Below are positions 1 to 7,996 of a stretch of 48,142 nt of DNA, one piece after another. The notes below the pieces were generated by a model. That model worked only from the letters and a program-made list of their open reading frames with translations. It was not told the origin of the DNA and made no database searches. The translations under genes and the position numbers were made by a program. Source of the stretch: Candidatus Sungbacteria bacterium RIFCSPLOWO2_02_FULL_51_17. Its GTDB lineage: Bacteria > Patescibacteriota > Minisyncoccia > Sungbacterales > GWA2-42-14. The stretch is from contig MHQW01000043.1 in assembly GCA_001820785.1 (NCBI GenBank), positions 24,931-73,072 on the forward strand, written 5' to 3'. Position 1 is the first letter of the stretch. Each line of letters begins with the position of its first letter.

Positions 1-921
1 GTATCGGTCAACGCCAAGCACCTTCATGGCGCTTTCAACGGGCGTGCCCTTTATTTTTGACTGAAGAAGGATCAGCGCCTCAACCGGATCTTTCGCCCTG
101 AACTCTTTTGCGTTCTCATATACTGCGTACATACTCGCAAGAAGCGAGGGATACGTTGAGAACACAAATGTGTATCCGAACGACTGAAGCTCTCGGAGCG
201 TCATGGGGTGCTCTTCCGCGGGCCAGAAAAACGACGGTGACAGGTTGAACGAAAGTCCGAGCGTCGGCATACATGCCTTCATCCCTTCGGCAAATGCTTT
301 AGCGCTTTCCCTGGACGGCGTAGGAAACTCGCACCACACAGAGTCAGCCCCCGCCCTTGCGTAAGCAAGTCCGCGGCGAAGTGCCTCATCAATGTCTCCG
401 CCGACTCGCGGGTCCTTTTTAGCGCCGGCGGCGCTAAACGCGTCGGTGCGCGCGATAACAACACGGCTGTAATCAACGCGATCTCGCGTGTCCAAGGCCG
501 CACGAAGTTTGCCGAGAAATTCCTCCATCGGCAACACTTCTTTGCCGGCAATGTGTCCGCATCGCTTGGGATATTTCTGATCCTCAATGTGAATGCCCGC
601 AACATTGGTTTTTGTAAGCATATCGGTAACCGTGCGAATGACATTATGGGTTGAGCCATAGCCGTCATCAATGTCGGCGACCGCAGGCAGATCGGTCGCT
701 TCAGCAACGTACATCATCGCCTGAAGCATTTCGGTCCCGCCGATAATGCCGTAGTCGGGCCGCCCGCGAAGTGCTGCGGCGGCATATCCTCCGAGATACA
801 AACACTCATGCCCGGCAAGCTTTGCGATCATCGCGTCCATCGCGCTTGAAACACCGAGCGCAAAGACGCCTTTGGACATGAGCGTTCGCAGTTTTGCGCC
901 CCTGCCATTCGTCTGTTCCAT
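1..921 (-). CDS. Isocitrate lyase/PEP mutase family enzyme (methylisocitrate lyase-like), 3' end runs off the window
   Basis: Not in the ORF track; translated by hand from ATG 921: MEQTNGRGAKLRTLMSKG...PAVADIDDGYGS...AGIHIEDQKYPKRCGHIAGKEV...VIARTDA. Carries the DxDxGYG, IEDQ, KRCGH and ARTDA family motifs. Confidence 0.88.
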   Translation of the reverse strand, partial: MEQTNGRGAKLRTLMSKGVFALGVSSAMDAMIAKLAGHECLYLGGYAAAALRGRPDYGIIGGTEMLQAMMYVAEATDLPAVADIDDGYGSTHNVIRTVTDMLTKTNVAGIHIEDQKYPKRCGHIAGKEVLPMEEFLGKLRAALDTRDRVDYSRVVIARTDAFSAAGAKKDPRVGGDIDEALRRGLAYARAGADSVWCEFPTPSRESAKAFAEGMKACMPTLGLSFNLSPSFFWPAEEHPMTLRELQSFGYTFVFSTYPSLLASMYAVYENAKEFRAKDPVEALILLQSKIKGTPVESAMKVLGVDRY

Positions 922-949
922 GATGTTGTTGTAAAAGAAAACTTTACCT

Positions 950-978
950 ATCGTATACCAAAAATCCACGCCGGTCAA
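950..978 (-). promoter_or_regulatory. Sigma70-type promoter for the lyase gene
   Basis: TTGACC-17 nt-TACGAT on the minus strand. Confidence 0.5.
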
Positions 979-992
979 AACAAAAACCCCGA

Positions 993-2081
993 TCACTCGG
1001 GGGCTCCTTCGGCGGCAGGCCGCTCAAAGAATGGAACAACTCTTTCACATCCGAAAATTAGAATCAACAGCACCGCCACGAACACGCCCATGCCGGCAAG
1101 TCCGAAAAGATGAAAAACCTTCGCCGATACAAACGCCACAAAGCCACAGACGGGGAAGGTAAGGATCCACGCCCACACAATGTGGGACACGGTGTTCCAC
1201 CGCACGAACTTCACTCTTTTGGCAAGACCGACACCGATGATGGATGTGCCGATCGTGTGCGTCGTTGAAAGCGGCACCCCCAACCACGAGGCAAAAATGA
1301 TGGTGGATGCCGCAGAGGCCTCTGCGGAAAACCCTTGATAGGTCTCAAGCTTCACCATGCGATCTCCCATCGTGCGAATGATGCGCATGCCGCCAAGAGA
1401 TGTTCCGAGTCCCATAACAACGGCACACAGCAGTACCACCCAGAACGGGACCGCAAAGGTGGTCATGGCCCCGCCCAGAAGAAGCGCCAGGGAGAACGCT
1501 CCCATGAACTTCTGGCCATCGTTGGACCCATGGCTGAACGCCATAAAAGCGGCCGAGCATATCTGTATGATCCCGAAGTTCTTCCGACACCAGCTTGCCG
1601 GGGAAGAAGAAAACAGGATCTGGACGATCTTTGCGATAAGATAGCCGCCGCATGTTCCCAAGATCGTTGAAAAAAGAAGGCCAATGAGGACCTTAGACCA
1701 TCCGCCCCACAGAAGGACGCCGGGGCCCACCGCAAGGCCGGCGCCGGAAAGGCCGGCGATAAGTGCATGCGACTCGCTCGTGGGAATGCCGAAGCGCCAC
1801 GCAAAGACGCTCCATGAGATGATGGCGATCATGGCCGCCGCCACCGTTATGAGGTCAACCGCCTCGGGTCGTATGATTCCCTTGCCAATGGTGGATGCTA
1901 CCGCGGTGCCCGAAAATGCGCCTGCGGTGTTCAGAAGCGTTGCAAGAATGACGGCGGTGCGTGGAGAAAGGGTTCGCGTTGATACGACAGTTGCGATCGC
2001 GTTCGGCGCATCGGTCCACCCGTTTACAAACTCCGCGGCAAGGATCAGCATGAGCACCCCGGCGAGGAGATAGAATTCCAC
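993..2081 (-). CDS. pit: PiT family inorganic phosphate transporter
   Basis: NGWTDAPNAIATVV, GIPTSESHALI, SHGSNDGQK and PLSTTH signature motifs; polytopic membrane protein. Confidence 0.95.
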   Translation of the reverse strand: MEFYLLAGVLMLILAAEFVNGWTDAPNAIATVVSTRTLSPRTAVILATLLNTAGAFSGTAVASTIGKGIIRPEAVDLITVAAAMIAIISWSVFAWRFGIPTSESHALIAGLSGAGLAVGPGVLLWGGWSKVLIGLLFSTILGTCGGYLIAKIVQILFSSSPASWCRKNFGIIQICSAAFMAFSHGSNDGQKFMGAFSLALLLGGAMTTFAVPFWVVLLCAVVMGLGTSLGGMRIIRTMGDRMVKLETYQGFSAEASAASTIIFASWLGVPLSTTHTIGTSIIGVGLAKRVKFVRWNTVSHIVWAWILTFPVCGFVAFVSAKVFHLFGLAGMGVFVAVLLILIFGCERVVPFFERPAAEGAPE

Positions 2082-2090
2082 CCTCCCCTC

Positions 2091-2762
2091 CTATGAGTGC
2101 TTCATGAGAATTTGATCGGCTACGTTCGCGCAATCCTCGGCCTTGTCCGTCACGATCTCAAGAAGATTGTAGATGTCAGCCCAGGCAAGATACAACGGCA
2201 GGTCTATGGTCTGGGCCCCGAGACGCCCAAAAATGCCGCGCCGCGCCTCTTCTTTGATCTCGTCGCCCATGTTCTCAAGACGGTGGATCTCAATGCAAAG
2301 CTCTCGTATCGCATCGGCGTTTTTCCGCGGATGCTTCAGCAGGCGACAGATCTGAACAAGGGCCTTGGTGCCGTCAAGAATGGTCGCGGATAACCGCTGT
2401 GCCTCCGGCGTTGACACCTGCAACTCGTACACCGTCGCAAATGCCTTTGACGCCTTATAGATATAGTCCACAACGTCGTCCAGTGCCTGTGTCAACGCGC
2501 GAATATCTTCCTTGTCAATGGGCGTGATAAACTCGGTGTTTATCCGCCGCATGACGGCATGCGTTATGACATCTGCCTCATGTTCCTTCTCCTTGATGCT
2601 CGCGGGGATCGCGGAAATGAGGTGCGCCCCCGACGCGGGCTCACCGGAAGCCGCAGCGTCTAAAAGGCGCTTTAAAAGGTCGGCGGCGGCGTGCACAATG
2701 TTCGCATGACTCTCAAAAAGCTCAAAAAACGAGGGTTGCCGCTTCTGCCACGGCCAGACCAT
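2091..2762 (-). CDS. DUF47 family (PhoU-like) phosphate transport regulator
   Basis: EHEAD...FITPIDKEDI...LDDVVD and ENMGDE...DKAED motifs; standard position upstream of pit. Confidence 0.92.
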   Translation of the reverse strand: MVWPWQKRQPSFFELFESHANIVHAAADLLKRLLDAAASGEPASGAHLISAIPASIKEKEHEADVITHAVMRRINTEFITPIDKEDIRALTQALDDVVDYIYKASKAFATVYELQVSTPEAQRLSATILDGTKALVQICRLLKHPRKNADAIRELCIEIHRLENMGDEIKEEARRGIFGRLGAQTIDLPLYLAWADIYNLLEIVTDKAEDCANVADQILMKHS

Positions 2763-2853
2763 ACGGCTCCTTTCGAGGTTGGTGGTTAGTGAATACTGTC
2801 AATGGACTCGGATACTATAATAGCACATATATGATAAAAATCAAGTGCCCGTG

Positions 2854-2882
2854 TTGATTTGTGGCCAAAAATCATGTAGTAT
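2854..2882 (+). promoter_or_regulatory. Sigma70-type promoter of the tRNA locus
   Basis: TTGATT-17 nt-TAGTAT; predicted start ~2889, immediately before the outer tRNA-like copy at 2892. Confidence 0.55.
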
Positions 2883-2969
2883 GGCGTCATCGCACCCATG
2901 GCTCAATTGGGTCTAAAGCAATGGGATTGCTTTTAGACGGGCTTCTCCAGGTTATGTACTCCTCTTTTT

Positions 2970-3042
2970 GCACCCATAGCTCAGTTGGTAGAGCAGCTCC
3001 CTCTTAAGGAGATTGTCGCAGGTTCGAATCCTGCTGGGTGCA
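2970..3042 (+). tRNA. tRNA-Lys(CTT), CCA not encoded
   Basis: Acceptor GCACCCA/TGGGTGC, D arm GCTC-AGTTGGTA-GAGC, anticodon loop CT-CTT-AA, T arm GCAGG-TTCGAAT-CCTGC. Confidence 0.96.
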
Positions 3043-3090
3043 AAAAGAGGAGTACTGCAATAGGGGCCCTGGAAGAGAGGGCTCCCTCTT

Positions 3091-3120
3091 TCAGCCAGTG
3101 GCTGATCCGCCTCCGGCGGA
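3091..3120. repeat. 30-bp double-hairpin palindromic insert
   Basis: TCAGCCA-G-TGGCTGA followed by TCCGCC-TCC-GGCGGA, placed exactly between CTT and AA of the outer copy's anticodon loop. Confidence 0.7.
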
Positions 3121-3397
3121 AAGGAGATTGTCACTGGATCGCTGCCCAATAGGCAGGAATCCTGCTGGGCGCGCAAAAATCATTTTTATAATAAATACCA
3201 ACATCTATGAAACACCAAGAAAGGTTTGCCAACTCAAAAGATACATTTAAAGACATACAAAAGTTTCATGAGCTTTTCGTGTTATTGCAATCGGGCGGAC
3301 TCGGCGAGTAATACTAAGTTGCCCATGAAGAGGTAGCGAGGCTGGCACCTTCCAGCCCCTAAAAGACATTCGGCGATGGGCGTACGCTCAAATACAT

Positions 3398-4702
3398 ATG
3401 GAAAATTTTGAGAAGGAATACGATAAGCTTGCTCCGCAAAAAATGCGCGCATCGCGCTTGATGGCAGAGTCGGACGATACCGCTGCCCCACCTTCTGATG
3501 CCGGAGCTGCTGCTGCCGAAAAAAATTATTCTGTCTCTTCAGAATTCCAAGAATATGTAAGGGGTCATCCCCCAATACAAAGGGTGTTTTCGCCTGAAAA
3601 TGAGCTGGCAAAAATACGGCGACTACCGAAAAACGAACAACGAGCGGCCCTCATCACCTTCAAAGAATTGCTGGCACGACAGCGGACCGCGTGGGCCGCG
3701 TGTCGCGTGTTTATTGAAAAGAGCATTGAGGCAAATAATGGCATTCCCAAAAAGGAGCTCTTGAATTTGGCAAGGCGGTTTGGAGACCAATACGGTTTTA
3801 CGAACGAACAGCGAAAAACAGCCGAGCGCCTTATTGATGGTTACTATAAGTACCGATACCGGGCGCTCCAGATGAGACGGCGGTTCCCCGATGACAAAAA
3901 GCTCATAAAAAAAATACTAGGAATGGACCCTGAAGAGATCGGGCAAGTAGACATTACGGTCGGACCGATGACCATAGATCTTACAGTAGGCGGGGCTAGT
4001 ATGAAAAAAATATATGAAAAGACGGGGGGCGCACAGGTGTCAGGATTTCAGTATGGAGGATTTGCGTGGCATACGGCCGGCAGAAATCCAATATTTTATA
4101 CCGTCATAAATCAGGACCAAGAAACAAGAGGGGCATTTGACGATCTCACTGGCGAGGAAACCAGAAGACACGAGCATGAACACCAAAAAAATGAACTTTT
4201 TAGAAGCGTGTTTAAGCAAGAAGCTCAACGGGAGGGAACATGGGGCGCGCTTCAACTTGATTTAAAATTTTTAAAATATTATGATGAGAGCGATCCCGAC
4301 ATTACAAAGGCGTTGTTTGAATCATACATGCGCGCTGAAATGACTAACGCTCTTGACTCTGCAAAGGACGAAATAACCGCCACTCTTACTACGATGAGCG
4401 TTTCTGCGCTACAATATAGGTTGGATGATCTTTTTTTTGGAGAACATGGGCCGTGCGATTACCTCGGACCCATGCGTGAGTGGGGTACAAAAGAAAAGAA
4501 TGGCACATATCGAGACCTCGTAGAAAAAATACTGGTCAAAGAATACCGCGCCATCATTGAAAAAGCTGTCGCGTCATATGGCGAGCTCATAAAAACACGA
4601 GCGTACACTTTCCAGGAAGCAACCGCACTTTTGACCGATAAGCCGCTTCCAGAATGGCCAAAGGCCTTACAAAGATTTTTGGAACAAAAAAATGTGAGAT
4701 GA
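3398..4702 (+). CDS. Hypothetical protein with an HExxH (HEHEH) motif
   Basis: 434-aa ORF; RRHEHEHQKN, with a later KDE that may supply a third ligand; no family recognised. Confidence 0.75.
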   Translation: MENFEKEYDKLAPQKMRASRLMAESDDTAAPPSDAGAAAAEKNYSVSSEFQEYVRGHPPIQRVFSPENELAKIRRLPKNEQRAALITFKELLARQRTAWAACRVFIEKSIEANNGIPKKELLNLARRFGDQYGFTNEQRKTAERLIDGYYKYRYRALQMRRRFPDDKKLIKKILGMDPEEIGQVDITVGPMTIDLTVGGASMKKIYEKTGGAQVSGFQYGGFAWHTAGRNPIFYTVINQDQETRGAFDDLTGEETRRHEHEHQKNELFRSVFKQEAQREGTWGALQLDLKFLKYYDESDPDITKALFESYMRAEMTNALDSAKDEITATLTTMSVSALQYRLDDLFFGEHGPCDYLGPMREWGTKEKNGTYRDLVEKILVKEYRAIIEKAVASYGELIKTRAYTFQEATALLTDKPLPEWPKALQRFLEQKNVR

Positions 4703-4802
4703 TGTGCCACCTTCTAAAAACGGCTTTTGCCAGTTCTGATGCGCTACGGAAGATGTCGCTACCAGCGCCCGCCACGCACCGGGAATGTGTTCGCGCATGG
4801 GC

Positions 4803-5171
4803 TCAAGAATGCCGAACTGCCTGATCTCCAGTTTTTTTCAAGCTCCACGGGATCCCGCAGAAGATGAATGAGTTCTTTTCGCTCTTGGGAAGTTTTTCCG
4901 CCCACTCCCGCGCGTGTTCTGCTACTAATGGACATGCGGTATCATGCCAGCGTTCAGTCACGGCATGTTTTGCCACATCAAAAAAATTTTCCACCGACAC
5001 AAGGTCAGAAGAAAGTTCCGGCCACCCGTCGCTTTGTATGGACGCCTCAAGACGGGCGCGGATCTCGCGCCCGAATTTCACGTACCCCGGAAGCCCTTCG
5101 CCGTCGCGAAGCACATCCATGCGGTTTGCCCTGTCGGGCGAAAAATGTTCGCCAAATCGCAGAGTAGCCAT
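4803..5171 (-). CDS. Hypothetical protein
   Basis: 122-aa ORF starting 5 nt after the upstream gene on the same strand. Confidence 0.6.
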   Translation of the reverse strand: MATLRFGEHFSPDRANRMDVLRDGEGLPGYVKFGREIRARLEASIQSDGWPELSSDLVSVENFFDVAKHAVTERWHDTACPLVAEHAREWAEKLPKSEKNSFIFCGIPWSLKKTGDQAVRHS

Positions 5172-5176
5172 GCTAA

Positions 5177-5941
5177 TTAATATACAACGACCATGAGCTT
5201 GTTTTGATTGATGCCGCTCGCCGACTGATCCCAGTCGGCGAGCGCTTGATAAAGAAGATTCTGGTCATACCGAAACCCATTACCAAATCGGGTTCCCGGC
5301 TCATTCGTGATGAATGTATTATCGCGATCGTCGTACCCTTTGACAAGAACTGTATGATACACGGGCCCTGGCGACATAAAATACTGGTTCCGCAATTCAC
5401 GACCGGCAAGCGGCAAAATGACCGCGCGATACCGCAATATCTCTTTTTTTACATCCTCCGGCGACCTCACGGGTTTCACTACAGCAACGACCCCATAGCG
5501 ATCCGTAAGCGTTTCGGCGATCTCTCGGGCACCAATATCTTTGTGGTATCCGAAGCGGGAAAGTTCATATCGCATGAGAAAAAGCATCTCGTCTCGAGCG
5601 CGCGCGGGGAGAATGGGAGACAGGGTCTCGGCGCGCACAAATGCTGCCGCCATGACGATAATCGCCTCCTCGCAAAAATCCTGCCAGGGCTGGGCCCAAT
5701 TCCCGAAAGGCGCCTGCGAGGTAAACGGAACCAAAAGTGAAAACGCATCGGGAAGCGTTGCCGGACCCTCCGACACCTCCCGCCACGAGAGATCGCGCAT
5801 AGCAGGCACTCGTACCGGTTCTCTCATTGCTCCAAAACCCGATGCACCAAGGGCGCTCCAGCCGATAAAGACAACTAAAAAAATAGCTAGCTCTCCCGCG
5901 ACGAATACTGCCCCTAACGCAATTATTTTTACCATTCTCAT
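5177..5941 (-). CDS. Membrane-anchored C39-like cysteine peptidase
   Basis: N-terminal TM; VPFTSQAP...WQDFCEEA (Cys), YHTVLVKGYD (His), ITNEPGT; ATGA overlap with the xer stop codon. Confidence 0.8.
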   Translation of the reverse strand: MRMVKIIALGAVFVAGELAIFLVVFIGWSALGASGFGAMREPVRVPAMRDLSWREVSEGPATLPDAFSLLVPFTSQAPFGNWAQPWQDFCEEAIIVMAAAFVRAETLSPILPARARDEMLFLMRYELSRFGYHKDIGAREIAETLTDRYGVVAVVKPVRSPEDVKKEILRYRAVILPLAGRELRNQYFMSPGPVYHTVLVKGYDDRDNTFITNEPGTRFGNGFRYDQNLLYQALADWDQSASGINQNKLMVVVY

Positions 5942-6846
5942 TTTTTTCGCGAAGTCCCGTGGAACTTGTGGTGTATATCTCGCAAGCTCCGGTCCGTGAT
6001 GTGAGTATAAATTTGGGTCGTTGTAATATTTGCATGTCCCAAGAGGGCCTGTACCGAGCGAAGATCCGCCCCATTTCGTAAAAGATCCGTTGCGAAAGAG
6101 TGCCGAAGCTTATGGGGTGTCACTTCTTTCGTAATGCCTGCCGCAATGGCGTGTTTTTTTATCATTCGCTGTACCGAGCGCGGGGTAAGCCGCGTCGGGT
6201 CCTTTTTATCCTGCGCCCGCACGGAGACAAACATCGCCTCGTCCACATCGTCGCGCTTTTTCAGATACTCCGTCAGCGCCGTCTTTGCGGCATCCGACAG
6301 AAACACCACGCGTATCTTATCACCCTTTCCCTTCACTGAAAACTCGTCGCGCGAAAGATTGACCGACATGCGGTTAAGGGCGCAAAGCTCCGAGACGCGA
6401 AGTCCCGTGGAAAAAAAAAGTTCAAGCATTGCTCTGTCGCGAAGTCCCGAAAGTGTTGTCGCACCGGAAACCCGAAGAAGCCGTTCAAGCTCGTCTCCCT
6501 CAAGAAAGCTCACTTCATGGGAGGGCATTTTTCCAAGCTCAATTTTTTCCGCGGCAAGCGTTTTTACATCGCGCCGGGAAAGAAATTTTAAAAAATTCCG
6601 AAGCGCTATTAAGTGATAGGCCTGGGTCTGTTTTTTTAATGCGGCACCCCCCTCTCCCGCGCCCCGGTTCAGATGCAGACGGTATTTTCGGACAACCTCG
6701 TCCGTTATATCCGCGGGATTTCGCGCGCCCGAAAATGTCAAAAACCGAAGAAGGTATCTGTCGTAATTTTCTATGGTTTTCAGCGCACGGCCCTTCTCTA
6801 TTTCAAGATACTCAAGGTATTCTTTTTGTAACTCTTGGAGTGTCAT
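5938..6846 (-). CDS. xerC: XerC/XerD family tyrosine recombinase
   Basis: TGLRVSEL, KGKGDKIR, TPHKLRHSFAT and LLGHANITTTQIYTH catalytic motifs; XerC vs XerD not resolvable by eye. Confidence 0.93.
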   Translation of the reverse strand: MTLQELQKEYLEYLEIEKGRALKTIENYDRYLLRFLTFSGARNPADITDEVVRKYRLHLNRGAGEGGAALKKQTQAYHLIALRNFLKFLSRRDVKTLAAEKIELGKMPSHEVSFLEGDELERLLRVSGATTLSGLRDRAMLELFFSTGLRVSELCALNRMSVNLSRDEFSVKGKGDKIRVVFLSDAAKTALTEYLKKRDDVDEAMFVSVRAQDKKDPTRLTPRSVQRMIKKHAIAAGITKEVTPHKLRHSFATDLLRNGADLRSVQALLGHANITTTQIYTHITDRSLRDIHHKFHGTSRKK

Positions 6847-6946
6847 ACCGTCAGTATATCACGAACGTCGCACAATATCATCAGGGCTCTTCCCGTCGTA
6901 AATCATAGGTTTTGTAAGGGTTTTTGCATGAAAAGACCCACCGCCC

Positions 6947-6975
6947 TTGCATGGCAAAGCGTTTTTTGCTATAAT
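6947..6975 (+). promoter_or_regulatory. Sigma70 promoter of rpsO (leaderless geometry)
   Basis: TTGCAT-17 nt-TATAAT with a TGn extension; ATG codons at 6980 and 6983. Confidence 0.7.
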
Positions 6976-6982
6976 CGCCATG

Positions 6983-7249
6983 ATGTTAAACACAAAACAG
7001 AAATCTAAAATCATTGAGAAGCATCGGTCGCATGCGACCGATTCCGGGTCCGCCGAGATACAGATAGCGATATTGTCGGAAGAAATACGGCGACTCGCGT
7101 TGCATCTCAAAAAACACGCGAAAGACAACCATTCGCGACGCGGTCTTTTGGGCATGGTGGCGCGCCGGCGCAAACTTCTGGACTACCTTGCCCGCACGAA
7201 CGCCAGAAAATACAACAATCTTGTCAAGAAGCTGGGACTCAAAAAGTAA
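6983..7249 (+). CDS. rpsO: 30S ribosomal protein S15
   Basis: DSGSAEIQIAILS...HLKKHAKDNHSRRGLLGMVARRRKLLDYL; start moved downstream of the promoter (6980 or 6983). Confidence 0.97.
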   Translation: MLNTKQKSKIIEKHRSHATDSGSAEIQIAILSEEIRRLALHLKKHAKDNHSRRGLLGMVARRRKLLDYLARTNARKYNNLVKKLGLKK

Positions 7250-7324
7250 ATTTCTCTCTCGTCTTCATGGCAACTTACAACAATACCGTTGTAAGTTGTT
7301 TCTTCTAAATACAGCATCACATCT

Positions 7325-7843
7325 ATGAGCGTTATAAAACACAAAAGCCAGCGCGTCGCCGTTTTCATGGACGTGCAAAACATGTATCACTCGGCGAAAA
7401 ATCTATTTCATGCCCGTGTGAACTTTAAAGAGATCCTCAAGGCAGCCGTTGCCGGCCGCCAGCTTATCCGAGCGATAGCGTACGTCATTAAAACAGAATC
7501 CGGAGAAGAAAAGAATTTTTTTGAGGCGCTCACCAGCATGGGCGTTGAGACCAAGGTAAAAGACCTCCAAATATTCGCGGGCGGCACCAAAAAGGCCGAC
7601 TGGGATGTCGGCATGGCGATTGACGCGATATTCCTCGCTGAAAAAGTTGATGCCATCGTGCTCGTCACCGGAGACGGCGATTTCGTCCCCTTGGTAGAAT
7701 ACCTAAAAGGTGGAAGGGCACAGGCAGAGGTCATTGCGTTCGGGCGTTCCGCGTCACAGCGCCTCAAAGAGGCGGCCGACGACTTCATTGACCTGGGAGA
7801 AGATCCGCGGTACTTGTTAAAGGCCCGAAGAGCGCAGGAATAA
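7325..7843 (+). CDS. NYN domain (LabA/DUF88) protein
   Basis: VFMDVQN, KADWDVGMAID, LVTGDGDFVP and ADDFIDL motifs. Confidence 0.92.
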   Translation: MSVIKHKSQRVAVFMDVQNMYHSAKNLFHARVNFKEILKAAVAGRQLIRAIAYVIKTESGEEKNFFEALTSMGVETKVKDLQIFAGGTKKADWDVGMAIDAIFLAEKVDAIVLVTGDGDFVPLVEYLKGGRAQAEVIAFGRSASQRLKEAADDFIDLGEDPRYLLKARRAQE

Positions 7844-7844
7844 A

Positions 7845-7980
7845 GGTTCATTAACTACAACGGTCGCAAGACACCCATGAAGCGCTGTGCGCTCCCCGGG
7901 TCCTTTCGGCCTTAATTTAGAACCTCGCCTTCAGACATCGAGACTACCTGTATACGCTAGTCTTTCGTCTGTGGGTGAGG
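7845..7980 (+). promoter_or_regulatory. Structured pnp leader (two long hairpins)
   Basis: AGGTTC...GAACCT stem enclosing a branched palindrome, then CTCGCC-TTCAGAC...GTCTG-TGGGTGAG. Confidence 0.4.
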
Positions 7981-7996
7981 GATCTCGCAAGAAAAA

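Larger units (their letters stand above)
2892..3173 (+). pseudogene. Outer, interrupted tRNA-Lys-like copy that encloses the intact tRNA
   Basis: Colinear tRNA-Lys segments GCACCCATGGCTCAATTGG (2892-2910), GCTCCCTCTT (3081-3090), AAGGAGATTGTC (3121-3132) and GAATCCTGCTGGGCGC (3157-3172), separated by hairpin inserts. Confidence 0.75.

Noticed and set aside
279-707. 142-aa minus-strand ORF in the track
   Set aside because: Out-of-frame shadow of the ICL/PEP-mutase gene (1-921), which carries the family motifs.
2952-3250. ORFs 2952-3176 (-) and 3038-3250 (+)
   Set aside because: They overlap the tRNA and palindromic inserts and show no protein features.
3325-3345. AAGAGGTAGCG resembling the start of a lysine riboswitch
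   Set aside because: The remaining space and helices do not fit the lysine riboswitch architecture.
2970-6846. tRNA plus tyrosine recombinase as an integrated element
   Set aside because: The recombinase is a ~300-aa housekeeping Xer type adjoining rpsO. I saw no distal att repeat or phage/ICE genes, and the tRNA duplication is local and nested.
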